Shown here one piece after another: positions 33,486 through 41,440 of a stretch of 54,320 nt of DNA; the stretch's first letter is position 1; every line of letters begins with the position of its first letter. Location of the stretch: IMG/VR virus record IMGVR_UViG_3300031673_000059, positions 1 through 54,320 of that record. One strand, given 5' to 3'. Under the pieces are notes generated by a model that saw nothing but the letters and a program-made list of their open reading frames with translations, made no database searches and was not told the DNA's origin. A program made the translations under genes and the position numbers. Source of the stretch: a virus.

Positions 33486-33703
33486 TGGACCACCACGCAC
33501 TGCTCTATTCCCACGCTGTCGTCCAGGCCGCCCGGGTCGGTCTGCCTCTGCACTGGGAGGAAGACATCATGACCTTCACCGCCCCGGGGCATGACGACTG
33601 GATCATCGGTTGGTGCCCCAACACCTTCAATCAGCTGCGGATCAAGGTGATGAGGTTTCACCAACCTGAGGACGCCTACCCGGACATCAAGCGGGAGTGT
33701 TGA
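33482..33703 (+). CDS. hypothetical protein (ends at in-frame TGA 33701; see extension)
   Basis: ORF track, 73 aa. ATGA-type overlap. Confidence 0.6.
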   Translation: MMDHHALLYSHAVVQAARVGLPLHWEEDIMTFTAPGHDDWIIGWCPNTFNQLRIKVMRFHQPEDAYPDIKREC

Positions 33704-33844
33704 ACCTACGACTGGGAGGTGGGCGCCAGGCTGGTTGCCCAACTGATCGCGTCCAAGGACCCACTAGGGCTGGTCGAGTCGTGGGAGACGCCGGACAACT
33801 GCGAGCTGCCAGGATATGGCCGGGTGCGGATCGACAACGTCTAG
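33704..33844 (+). other. 46 in-frame coding-like codons after TGA 33701 (readthrough / selenocysteine / sequencing error candidate)
   Basis: TYDWEVGARLVAQLIASKDPLGLVESWETPDNCELPGYGRVRIDNV*. Most third positions are G/C, as in genes here. There is no usable start codon. It ends in a 4-nt overlap (ctag) with the stop of the convergent capsid gene. Confidence 0.4.
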
Positions 33845-34779
33845 TAGGGCGTTCCGGCCAACGTGATCAGAGATGCGAACTCCGGCCTCACGAGTGTGAT
33901 TTTGTGCCGGGTGCGGATCGCGCGCCGAAGAGTCTTGTCGGCCGGATCTACGAAGTTCGGTGTGATCTCGACCATGGTGTAAGGACTGTAGATGACGCAC
34001 GTATCCATTACGCTGTCGTCTGCCTGATACCAGGCCAGCAGCTTCCCTACGGGGAAGAGGGGATCCAGGTAGACGCCCCTGCCGTCAACCTCGCCGATTT
34101 TGGCGATGCCGTCTGCCTCTTGGACGTCAAAGCCAAGCTGGGCCAGCATCGCCGCGTTGCCAATGACCCTGTTTGCCGGGTTCCGCTGAGACCCCCGATG
34201 GACGATGTGGGCCGCCCTGTCCAGAGCTTCTTTGAGATCACCGCCGGCGGCCAACTCGATCTTGTTGTTGTCCAGGACGCCGTTCAGGATCGTTCCTACG
34301 ATCTCCCGAGCCACCTCGGTCAGGAGTGCGTCGATGTTCAGAGCCCCCTCTTCGTTGACGTCGGTGTGTGCCTTGCAGCGCCTCGACTCCGCTCGGATCT
34401 CTTGAGGGATGATGTCCAGCACGACGGAAGGCACCTTGACCTTCCTCTCGACGCCGTCTTGAATCAGGGTCGCCTCCTCCATCTCCCCGAAGCGCGGCTT
34501 GTAGTAGTAGACGATCCCGATCGGCCCAGTCATCGGCTGCACCGCGCAGAGGTCCGGGAGCACGTGGGTCCGGACCGAGGCCTTGAGGTTATCGAAGAGA
34601 TCCTCCGTCCACGAGCCGAGGACCAATGCCCGGGTCTCCTCGACGAGACGCTGAAGGTGTCTGCTCTGGTTCTCGCAGACCATGGCAGCGATGTTCGACC
34701 TGTAGCCGTCCTCTAGGCCCCACTTGGTGCGGAGCTTCTCTAGATAGCTCTCGTCCGGCATACCATCAAGCTGAGTCAT
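33841..34779 (-). CDS. T4 gp23/gp24-family capsid-fold protein, compact paralog A
   Basis: LRTKWGLEDGY..MVCENQSRH, DLCAVQPMTGPIGIVYYYK, ANRVIGNAAML and GVYLDPLFP..LAWY....MDTCVIYSPY match the remembered T4 gp23 blocks (KWKPLLEG..IFENQ, VQPMNSPTGQVF, YRVYIDQY..GYKGP..DAGIYYAPY). The start is ATG 34779 (AGGAGG 4 nt upstream). Confidence 0.85.
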   Translation of the reverse strand: MTQLDGMPDESYLEKLRTKWGLEDGYRSNIAAMVCENQSRHLQRLVEETRALVLGSWTEDLFDNLKASVRTHVLPDLCAVQPMTGPIGIVYYYKPRFGEMEEATLIQDGVERKVKVPSVVLDIIPQEIRAESRRCKAHTDVNEEGALNIDALLTEVAREIVGTILNGVLDNNKIELAAGGDLKEALDRAAHIVHRGSQRNPANRVIGNAAMLAQLGFDVQEADGIAKIGEVDGRGVYLDPLFPVGKLLAWYQADDSVMDTCVIYSPYTMVEITPNFVDPADKTLRRAIRTRHKITLVRPEFASLITLAGTPY

Positions 34780-34824
34780 AGTTCCTCCTGATGCGGAGGG
34801 TACCACAACTACATCAGATTTACA

Positions 34825-35778
34825 TCAGACAATCTGCGCCAACCGCTCCAGGACGTTGACCTTAACCACCTGGATGTGGCTCGGATGGGCCACATGGATG
34901 TTGTGGTTCAGGTAGATCGCGAAGTTGTGGCGGCCGTCCATCGGATCGAGCGGGTAGCAGAAGGGCGAGTAGACGACCGGCGTGTCTACGATGCTTGGTC
35001 CCATGTACCAGAGCATTACTTCACCGTCAGGGAACAGCGGATCCAGGTAGACGTGCATCCTCTGCTTGTAGACGCCTACCTTCTTCACCAGGCCGGTATC
35101 AGTCGTGTCCCACTCGTCCGGATCCTCCGGCGAGAAAAGCTCCAACATCTTCTCATTGCCGATCACGTGATTGGCCGGGCCCCGCATGCAGCGCTTGTGG
35201 ACCATCTGCGAGGCGCGAAGGATATCAGTGTCGAACGCGGTGTAGGTCGACTCCAACACATTGCCGGCGGCCGATCCCGCGCCGTGCATGACGCCCAACA
35301 CCTCGCGGATGGACGCCAGCATGACCGAGTCGAACACGCTGTCGATGAGCGCGAAGTTTCCTGGGTAGATCCTGACGCCGAGTCGCCTGATGGAGGCTTG
35401 GACGTTGACCGTCTGCAGGTTCAACGTCATCGTCGGGATCGATGTGCTCCCAGGAGTAGTGGGTCCGGCCGGCGTGGTGATGTTGGTTTGGCCGTAGAAG
35501 CCGATGGTGTCTGATGGCCTCCGTAGGGGCTGGACCGACACCATGTCGATCAGGGGGCAGTGCACCCAGGCCTTCACGAGAGCTCGGTAGAACTTGTCCT
35601 TCCAGTTGTCGCCATAGGTCTCTTCCAGATCATCGGGGATCAGCGATGAGCAAAGGACGTTGGCCTGGTTCTCCAACAGTAGAGCGATGACGCCAGAGCG
35701 CTTGTGATGGCCGGGGAGGTAACCCTCCCACTTCTCGGTCAGAGCCTTGATGTGGTCGTTGTCCAACATGGTGGGCAT
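34825..35778 (-). CDS. T4 gp23/gp24-family capsid-fold protein, compact paralog B; C-terminal NVLERLAQIV
   Basis: TEKWEGYLPG..LLLENQANV, MVSVQPLRRPSDTIGFYG, ANHVIGNEKML and MHVYLDPLFPDGEVMLWYMGPSIVDTPVVYSPF. Confidence 0.85.
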   Translation of the reverse strand: MPTMLDNDHIKALTEKWEGYLPGHHKRSGVIALLLENQANVLCSSLIPDDLEETYGDNWKDKFYRALVKAWVHCPLIDMVSVQPLRRPSDTIGFYGQTNITTPAGPTTPGSTSIPTMTLNLQTVNVQASIRRLGVRIYPGNFALIDSVFDSVMLASIREVLGVMHGAGSAAGNVLESTYTAFDTDILRASQMVHKRCMRGPANHVIGNEKMLELFSPEDPDEWDTTDTGLVKKVGVYKQRMHVYLDPLFPDGEVMLWYMGPSIVDTPVVYSPFCYPLDPMDGRHNFAIYLNHNIHVAHPSHIQVVKVNVLERLAQIV

Positions 35779-35803
35779 AGTACCACAAGCCCACCCAAGG
35801 TCA

Positions 35804-36139
35804 TCAGTTGTGTCGATGCTCGGCGATTTTCTCCTTGTTCTCGCTCATGAGCTGCCACTGCCGGCGGTCCGCCTCGTCGTTGCGGTCCAGGCGCGCGTTG
35901 ATAACCGCCCGATCCTCCTTGAGGGCCTGGATCGCCTTCTCGTTCTCACTAAGGCGCGAGTGGATGCCACCGAAGACGTAGCTGATGACCGCGATTGAGC
36001 CAGGAATGAAGACCAGCGCGAGAAGCGCGAGGAGTCCCTTGACCGCCCACTGAGGGATATGTCCAGGGTCCGATTGCTGGACCACAATCGGCGCCGGGGC
36101 CTGAGGATCAAAAGGGGCTGGGTCGTCTGGGGGCATCAC
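35804..36139 (-). CDS. single-pass membrane protein with coiled coil
   Basis: The TM segment is GLLALLALVFIPGSIAVISYVFGG, followed by a charged helix. Confidence 0.65.
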   Translation of the reverse strand: MMPPDDPAPFDPQAPAPIVVQQSDPGHIPQWAVKGLLALLALVFIPGSIAVISYVFGGIHSRLSENEKAIQALKEDRAVINARLDRNDEADRRQWQLMSENKEKIAEHRHN

Positions 36140-36166
36140 TAACCTCTGAGGACGAGGATAGCAATC

Positions 36167-36188
36167 AACCCTAGCTAAACGTAGGGTT
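36167..36188 (-). terminator. hairpin (7-bp stem aacccta/tagggtt) at the stop of gene 36188..36541
   Basis: Read directly from the sequence. No clear U-tract. Confidence 0.35.
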
Positions 36189-36541
36189 TAGGACTTGATG
36201 TAGCCCGTGCGGCCGCAGTTCTTGCAGGTCTCGTCTCGGGCAATCCAGCCCGTGCCGACGCAGTCCGGGCAGGCCCTTAGGCCCAATAGGCTTACGAGCT
36301 TGTTGCGCGGCGTCGTGCCGACCAGGCCCACGTCCTTGAGCTCTGAGAACGTGGTCAGAATGCCGAGCGCTTGGTGGTGCTTGGAGACGACCTTGCCCAT
36401 GCCGTCCAGCTCGGTCTCGGCCTTGGCCCTCCTCTCCTCATCAGCTGCGAGGTAGGCGGTGACCGCGTCACACATCTTCTCCAGCGCGACCAGCGACTTG
36501 TACATCTGTTGGCGCATTTGGTCTTCAGCTGGAGTGGTCAT
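36188..36541 (-). CDS. protein with C-terminal DnaJ-type CxxCxGxG zinc finger
   Basis: CPDCVGTGW...CKNCGRTGY. Confidence 0.7.
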   Translation of the reverse strand: MTTPAEDQMRQQMYKSLVALEKMCDAVTAYLAADEERRAKAETELDGMGKVVSKHHQALGILTTFSELKDVGLVGTTPRNKLVSLLGLRACPDCVGTGWIARDETCKNCGRTGYIKS

Positions 36542-36845
36542 CGAGCTCCTTGGCCATCTGGTCGAGCACGTTGATCGACTCGACCTTCTCTACCCACATG
36601 GGATAGTACCAGGTCTTGGGCATGACCACACCGTTTGTCGTTTTGATCGTGAGGGGGCCGGGACTGTCCTTCCAGGAGATCCGGATCTCCCCGTCGTCGT
36701 CATCGTTCATGGGCAGACACTCGACGACTACGCCGGTGAACTCCCAGTCGTAGCCGCCGGCCTCCTTGTCGAGCCAGACGACCTCGTCTCCGAGCCTAAG
36801 CCAGCATCCGTTGGGCGTCTTCCAAGCCACAAGCGTTGTCTCCAT
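36525..36845 (-). CDS. hypothetical protein; C-terminal NVLDQMAKELDDHSS
   Basis: ORF track, 106 aa. Confidence 0.65.
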   Translation of the reverse strand: METTLVAWKTPNGCWLRLGDEVVWLDKEAGGYDWEFTGVVVECLPMNDDDDGEIRISWKDSPGPLTIKTTNGVVMPKTWYYPMWVEKVESINVLDQMAKELDDHSS

Positions 36846-37219
36846 CAGTCGAAGTCTGCTTCCACAGCCATCCGGACAAGCACGTTGTTGAAGTCGTTGA
36901 AGTCGGCCAGAAGCTGATCGATCAGCTTCTGCTCACTCATCGTCGATCCATCTTGCCTGAGGGCCAAAGGGATGATGTTGAACCAGACGACGTTGTTGAA
37001 GGAGGCGTTTCCCCTTCGGTACTTCTTGGCCAAGAACTGCTGGAAGTCCTGAAACGTGCTCGTGCCGTGTAGACCGGCGTGCTCGTCAGCCCCCCACGCG
37101 TAACCGCTGATGTAGGAGACGGCCATGTCGTAGTTGGTCTTCCCTACGTACATCGCTGGCCGGAGCAGGATTTCCCGAATCCTCTTAACGATCTTCGGCG
37201 ACAACCTAGTGCTGTGCAT
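36845..37219 (-). CDS. hypothetical protein; C-terminal NVLVRMAVEADFD
   Basis: The start is ATG 37219 (GAGGAG 5 nt upstream), giving MHSTRLSPKIVKRIREILLRPAMYVG... Confidence 0.65.
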   Translation of the reverse strand: MHSTRLSPKIVKRIREILLRPAMYVGKTNYDMAVSYISGYAWGADEHAGLHGTSTFQDFQQFLAKKYRRGNASFNNVVWFNIIPLALRQDGSTMSEQKLIDQLLADFNDFNNVLVRMAVEADFD

Positions 37220-37221
37220 GG

Positions 37222-37506
37222 TTACTCCTCGATGGCGCCCAGGATGTCGAGCACGGTGCCGTTGATGTTGGTGTCTAGCGTCTGCAGTCGCTGTGGACTG
37301 AGGATCCTGATCCGCCCCGTCTTGAGGTTGAGGGCCGCTCGAACATCGCATGTTCCTCGGCAGCAAGAGAGCAGAGCGAATGTCGTCTCCAGTGAACCGG
37401 CCTCTCCTCCAACGCCGTCCTGCGTAAGGAGCTGACCATCGATGGGGCACCGCTGCTGCATGAGCCGAGCGATACGGTCGTGCTTGGCCTGCTTGGCCTT
37501 ACTCAT
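37222..37506 (-). CDS. hypothetical protein; C-terminal TVLDILGAIEE
   Basis: ORF track, 94 aa. Confidence 0.6.
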   Translation of the reverse strand: MSKAKQAKHDRIARLMQQRCPIDGQLLTQDGVGGEAGSLETTFALLSCCRGTCDVRAALNLKTGRIRILSPQRLQTLDTNINGTVLDILGAIEE

Positions 37507-37825
37507 CGATCAACCGCTCGCCGTTCTCGTCGACGAACTCACACGTGGAGTAGGCGGCGGCCGTCATGTCGGCGTGTCGCACCCACCAGACGTCCCCGCC
37601 GTGGCCTCCCACCCAGGAGCCGAGCTCCCCCCAGGCTCCAGGTCGTCGAGCTTCGATGTGCTTCTCCGCGATTAGGAAGCCCCCAGTCCCATGGAGGGGG
37701 GCAACCGTCCTGACGAGCTTCCGGCCGCTGGCTCGGCACCGAGCTCGGACCAACCTCTCGGCCGCGTCCTCGGTGCCCTGCTCCATGAAGGCTCGTTCGA
37801 GCTCTCGTAGTTGAGCGTCGCTCAT
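37499..37825 (-). CDS. hypothetical protein
   Basis: ORF track, 108 aa. The N-terminus MSDAQLRELERAF..G.EDAAERLVRARCRA resembles the N-terminus of the FGE protein (MSDAALRAAERRWQATGDAADRGDYITRIRRA). Confidence 0.6.
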   Translation of the reverse strand: MSDAQLRELERAFMEQGTEDAAERLVRARCRASGRKLVRTVAPLHGTGGFLIAEKHIEARRPGAWGELGSWVGGHGGDVWWVRHADMTAAAYSTCEFVDENGERLIDE

Positions 37826-38214
37826 GCTTCCTTCTTACTGCCGGACATCGACATGAGGAAGATGAGACCGACCGGCAGGGACAGCCCAATACCAAGGCCC
37901 GCGATCAGTCCGCCGAAGCCTCCGACGCCGTATCCGATGCCCATCGAGACTAGAACCACGACCAGCGCGACACCGATAAAGGCGCAACAGGCGAGGGCAC
38001 CTTCACCGTTCGACTCAGGCTTGCCCCAACCGCACCGATCACAGTGCTGCTCCATGATCCTCCACGAGACCGAGAAGGTGCAGTTCGGGCACTTCTTGTG
38101 ATCGGTCTTGGGCTTGTCCTTGGGCTTGTTGGCCTGAGTGTTCTCCGTGTTCTGATACCGCCGGTTCCCGGCGGTGTCGTCGTGGAGCCAACCATCAGAT
38201 CCTCGGTACTTCAT
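37822..38214 (-). CDS. membrane protein: zinc ribbon + glycine-zipper TM helices
   Basis: CPNC...CDRCG, then ALACCAFIGVALVVVLVSMGIGYGVGGFGGLIAGLGIGLSLPVGLIFL. Confidence 0.7.
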   Translation of the reverse strand: MKYRGSDGWLHDDTAGNRRYQNTENTQANKPKDKPKTDHKKCPNCTFSVSWRIMEQHCDRCGWGKPESNGEGALACCAFIGVALVVVLVSMGIGYGVGGFGGLIAGLGIGLSLPVGLIFLMSMSGSKKEA

Positions 38215-38654
38215 CCCTGCTCCACCCTCACCAGGAACGGCGGCCGGTACGTGGGGAACACCGACCGGACCCAGTGATCCCAGTGGGTGTTCTCCCAGTC
38301 GTAGTCATCGACGATCCGGGGCTCGTTCTGGTAGTTGATGACGCCTACCTGGAGGCAGCTGGGATCGGTCAGCTTCTTGCCGGCGGCCCTCTTCCAGTAG
38401 GCTACTACCAGAGCGTCAGCATACCTAGTGCCCTGGTCGGGTCGAGTGCTCATGTCGATACCGACGATGACCTCCTCGGACTCGCCCAGCTTGTTCCAGA
38501 AGTGCTGGACCAAGTCCGGCACCTCAACTGCCATGGCGTGGACCTGTAGTCCACCGTCCTTGTCCATCGAGATCATCTGGTGAGGGTAGACTCCTTCCTC
38601 ATCGATCGCGATCTTGACCATGCCCATAAACGTCTCGGGGAGCGTCTCGCTCAT
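38211..38654 (-). CDS. hypothetical protein
   Basis: The start is ATG 38654 (ATGA overlap), giving MSETLPETFMGMVKIAIDEEG... The longer track ORF is junk upstream of this point. Confidence 0.65.
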   Translation of the reverse strand: MSETLPETFMGMVKIAIDEEGVYPHQMISMDKDGGLQVHAMAVEVPDLVQHFWNKLGESEEVIVGIDMSTRPDQGTRYADALVVAYWKRAAGKKLTDPSCLQVGVINYQNEPRIVDDYDWENTHWDHWVRSVFPTYRPPFLVRVEQG

Positions 38655-39259
38655 GCTTCGTCTTCCTTGTCCGATTTGTCTAGGGCGTGGACGATCCGGT
38701 CTAGGAGCGGCATCGTCTCGTCTTCCAGCTCCCACTCGTGGACCTGACACATCATCCGGCATACTTCGTGGAAGTCGCTGATCCGCCTCTTGCCCCAGTA
38801 CTTGTCCCGAATGACGGCGGTGGCCGGAGCCTCCCAAGAGTAGTTGTTGTCCGTCCAGCAGTAGTTCTGCTCGGTACCCTCGGTCCATTGGTGGATCGTC
38901 GCCTGCGTGTCGGACATTAGCTGGAGGCCGTGCGCAACCTCGATCGCGTGGGCTCGCATGAGCTCGACGTTTGGCACGTTCCGCATGATGATTGTGATTA
39001 CCTCGCCGCTCCTGTCGTGAGCGACCGGGTCGGTCTTGTGGAGGACCAACTTGCTCACGTCCCGCCAGGGGATGTGGAAGCACTTCTCCAGCATCGCAAG
39101 TCGGTCGTAACCATCATCAGGCTTGTGTCTGAAGCACAACGCCTCGTAGGCACCGTCCTCTCTCCGATATAGCTGGGTGCAGAACCGACCTCCTCTGCCG
39201 CCCTCTTGGTGGCACTTGGTGCAGTGAAGCTCGCCCCTGAAGACCTTGCCGTTTTCCAT
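38651..39259 (-). CDS. hypothetical Cys/His-rich protein; C-terminal PLLDRIVHALDKSDKEDEA
   Basis: ORF track, 202 aa. First gene of an 11-gene coupled block. Confidence 0.7.
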   Translation of the reverse strand: MENGKVFRGELHCTKCHQEGGRGGRFCTQLYRREDGAYEALCFRHKPDDGYDRLAMLEKCFHIPWRDVSKLVLHKTDPVAHDRSGEVITIIMRNVPNVELMRAHAIEVAHGLQLMSDTQATIHQWTEGTEQNYCWTDNNYSWEAPATAVIRDKYWGKRRISDFHEVCRMMCQVHEWELEDETMPLLDRIVHALDKSDKEDEA

Positions 39260-39283
39260 ACCTCTTCTACCTAGAAAGAGGTA
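39259..39283 (-). terminator. hairpin (perfect 8-bp stem tacctctt/aagaggta) directly after the DHH gene stop, with a promoter motif in its loop
   Basis: Read directly from the sequence. The loop ctacctaga carries part of GGTAGAAG. Confidence 0.45.
39264..39271 (-). promoter_or_regulatory. GGTAGAAG, 4 nt, ATG 39259
   Basis: Plus strand reads cat acct cttctacc. Confidence 0.5.
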
Positions 39284-40450
39284 TTAGGCGTCCACGGTTC
39301 CAGACTCGTCCTTGTCGTAGAACCACTCCATGATCCGCTTGTGGATCAGCTCCTCCATCTCGGAGTCCGAGACCCACGGACCAACGCCCGGGAACTCGAA
39401 GAGCGCTCCACCCTCGGCCGATCCATCAGGGAGCGACTTGGCCCCCGACTTGTCGCCGAACCGGTCTGCGAGCGTCTCGCCGAGGGGTGTGGTGTAGTCC
39501 TCGCTCCTGGCGCAGACTCGAATCTTCAGTGTGACATCGCCGGTTGTCTTGTCCTTGACCTCGACAACCGCCCACGTGACCGCCAACGGCGCTCCGACGG
39601 TCCTCAGGAGCTCATCGGCGACCATGGCCAGGTCGTCGCCGCACTTCTCCGGGATCCGGCCCAGACCGCCTAGGATTCGACCCTTACGGTAGGTGTCGTG
39701 CTTGTCCACGTAGGCTACTGCTCGGGACAGGTGCTTCAGGAAGGAGAACTGGCGCTTGTAGTTGACCAGGTCGCAGAGCAAGGAAGCGTCTGTGTAGCGC
39801 TTGACCCAGGCATAGGCCTGGTCATCACGCTCCCCCGACCGTGTGTTGCTCTTGCAGTCGGTGTAAATGCCGAGGGCGAGCATCAGCGCCAGGTCGGATT
39901 TGAACTCCCAGGTCTCCGGCGTGATCTCTGAAAGAAGCTCTGCGACCATCGTACTTGCCGAGCCTGAACTCTCGTCGAGCCAGAGAAAGATGTCCTCTCG
40001 GTCCTTGATGTCAGACTTCTCGTGATGATCGACCACGATCACCGGCTCGATCACGAAGGGCAGGCGGCTGTCCTTTGACTTGCTGGAGTCGACCAGGACG
40101 ATGTTCTCTGGGCACTGACCGGATGAATCAGTGTTCGGGTCCGTGAGCGACCGCATCCTGCTCATCAGACCGAGCTTCTGGCAGAGCGCCTCGTTTTGGG
40201 GATGCCCCACTCGTCCTTGGTAGTAGATGTGAGAGGTATGGCCGAGTTGGCTCAGGACTTCTTGCATACCGAAGGCCGACCCGATTGCGTCGGGGTCGAT
40301 CTGAGCGATGTAGATGGCGAATGGGCCATGCTCGGCCCGTTCCGCCGCCACTCGCCTCAACTTCTCGATACGACTCTCGTCGATACCGGGGCGTGCGATC
40401 TTCCGGGTAACGGTCATCGTCTCCTGGGCAAGCGCCTTTACTTCGGCCAT
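39284..40450 (-). CDS. DHH-family phosphoesterase (NrnA/RecJ-like)
   Basis: IAQIDPDAIGSAFG (DxD motif) and VIVVDHHEKSD (DHH motif). Start moved to ATG 40450 (MAEVKALAQE...). Confidence 0.8.
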   Translation of the reverse strand: MAEVKALAQETMTVTRKIARPGIDESRIEKLRRVAAERAEHGPFAIYIAQIDPDAIGSAFGMQEVLSQLGHTSHIYYQGRVGHPQNEALCQKLGLMSRMRSLTDPNTDSSGQCPENIVLVDSSKSKDSRLPFVIEPVIVVDHHEKSDIKDREDIFLWLDESSGSASTMVAELLSEITPETWEFKSDLALMLALGIYTDCKSNTRSGERDDQAYAWVKRYTDASLLCDLVNYKRQFSFLKHLSRAVAYVDKHDTYRKGRILGGLGRIPEKCGDDLAMVADELLRTVGAPLAVTWAVVEVKDKTTGDVTLKIRVCARSEDYTTPLGETLADRFGDKSGAKSLPDGSAEGGALFEFPGVGPWVSDSEMEELIHKRIMEWFYDKDESGTVDA

Positions 40451-40524
40451 CCTAGAACCTCGCTCGTGCTTAGTGAAATCGGATCTCGCGCGAAGCGCGA
40501 GACCTAGTGTAGTGCGCAGGCTTC

Positions 40525-40532
40525 CTTTTACC
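40525..40532 (-). promoter_or_regulatory. GGTAAAAG motif, 74-nt leader to ATG 40450
   Basis: Plus strand reads cttttacc(c). Divergent with 40548..40555. Confidence 0.4.
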
Positions 40533-40547
40533 CTATCGGCCGAATTC

Positions 40548-40555
40548 GGTATAAC
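40548..40555 (+). promoter_or_regulatory. GGTATAAC, 7 nt, ATG 40563
   Basis: ggtataac aaacccc atg. Confidence 0.5.
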
Positions 40556-40562
40556 AAACCCC

Positions 40563-41027
40563 ATGAACGACACAATCAAAAACGATGACGCTAAGCATCA
40601 ATACGTGTTGGTTGCCATGTGGACCGCGAAGGATCATCACGGGCAAGAGCAATACTCCCACCGAGTGGTTCATTCGACGTGGGAGGGCGAGTGGGACCCG
40701 AAAGGTATCGTCGAGCGCTACGTCCAGACGGAGCACCCGACCTGGATGCCGGACAGCTTCGGCAAGATCGGATACTTCATGGCGGAGGCTGAGGTCGAGC
40801 TCAGCCGAGTCGCGGTCTATAAGGTGGTCGGCGGCCGCCACGAAGACGCCTGGCCTGAATGGCTTGAGGAAGCAAGGGCTAAGCGCGCCTCAATCGATGT
40901 GGAGCGCGAGCGTATGGCCGACATGCAGACGATCGCACTGCTTCAGAGGAAGTGGGGCCTAGGTGAGCAAACAGAAGCCAAAGAAGCGAGCGCAGCGACT
41001 GAAGAGGGCGAAGCGGCGGAAGCATAG
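40563..41027 (+). CDS. hypothetical protein with acidic tail
   Basis: Start moved to ATG 40563 (MNDTIKNDDAKHQYVLVAMW...). Confidence 0.65.
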   Translation: MNDTIKNDDAKHQYVLVAMWTAKDHHGQEQYSHRVVHSTWEGEWDPKGIVERYVQTEHPTWMPDSFGKIGYFMAEAEVELSRVAVYKVVGGRHEDAWPEWLEEARAKRASIDVERERMADMQTIALLQRKWGLGEQTEAKEASAATEEGEAAEA

Positions 41028-41253
41028 GTTCGACCTAGCCATCGAGCACTTCACTGAGTGCGGCGATGCGGCTCAGCCGAAGGCGTGGATCTCGGACCCC
41101 AAGACAGGCATGCACGTCGAGTTCGTGTGCCCTAAGTGCAAGTTGAAGTACTGGCGGCACAATGAGACCTGGGAGTTTGAGATCAGGGGCGTCGGCAGGA
41201 TCTGTGCCAACAACCCTACAGTCCTCGATCTACTTACCCTGGGAGAGGTATAA
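40963..41253 (+). CDS. hypothetical basic/zinc-ribbon protein; C-terminal TVLDLLTLGEV
   Basis: ORF track, 96 aa (GTG start). It overlaps the previous gene by 65 nt. Confidence 0.55.
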   Translation: MSKQKPKKRAQRLKRAKRRKHRFDLAIEHFTECGDAAQPKAWISDPKTGMHVEFVCPKCKLKYWRHNETWEFEIRGVGRICANNPTVLDLLTLGEV

Positions 41254-41417
41254 CGTAGGCATCGCCTGCCTGGACGTGTGAGGGACGCTTTGCACGGTAG
41301 CGAACCGGTGCCCAACACCGGATCTCGTATGGGTAGGGGATCAGGGGGTGTTGCACAGCCCCGCAGCGGCAACTCACACGGCGGACCTGGGTCAGGACGC
41401 GCAGTTGTCAACGGAGT

Positions 41418-41440
41418 CAGCCCTGGGCTAGCCGGGGCTG
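41418..41440. terminator. hairpin (9-bp stem incl. one GU) followed by tcttcgtttcc; stop codon of minus gene 41428.. lies in its loop
   Basis: cagccctgg gctag ccggggctg. Confidence 0.45.
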
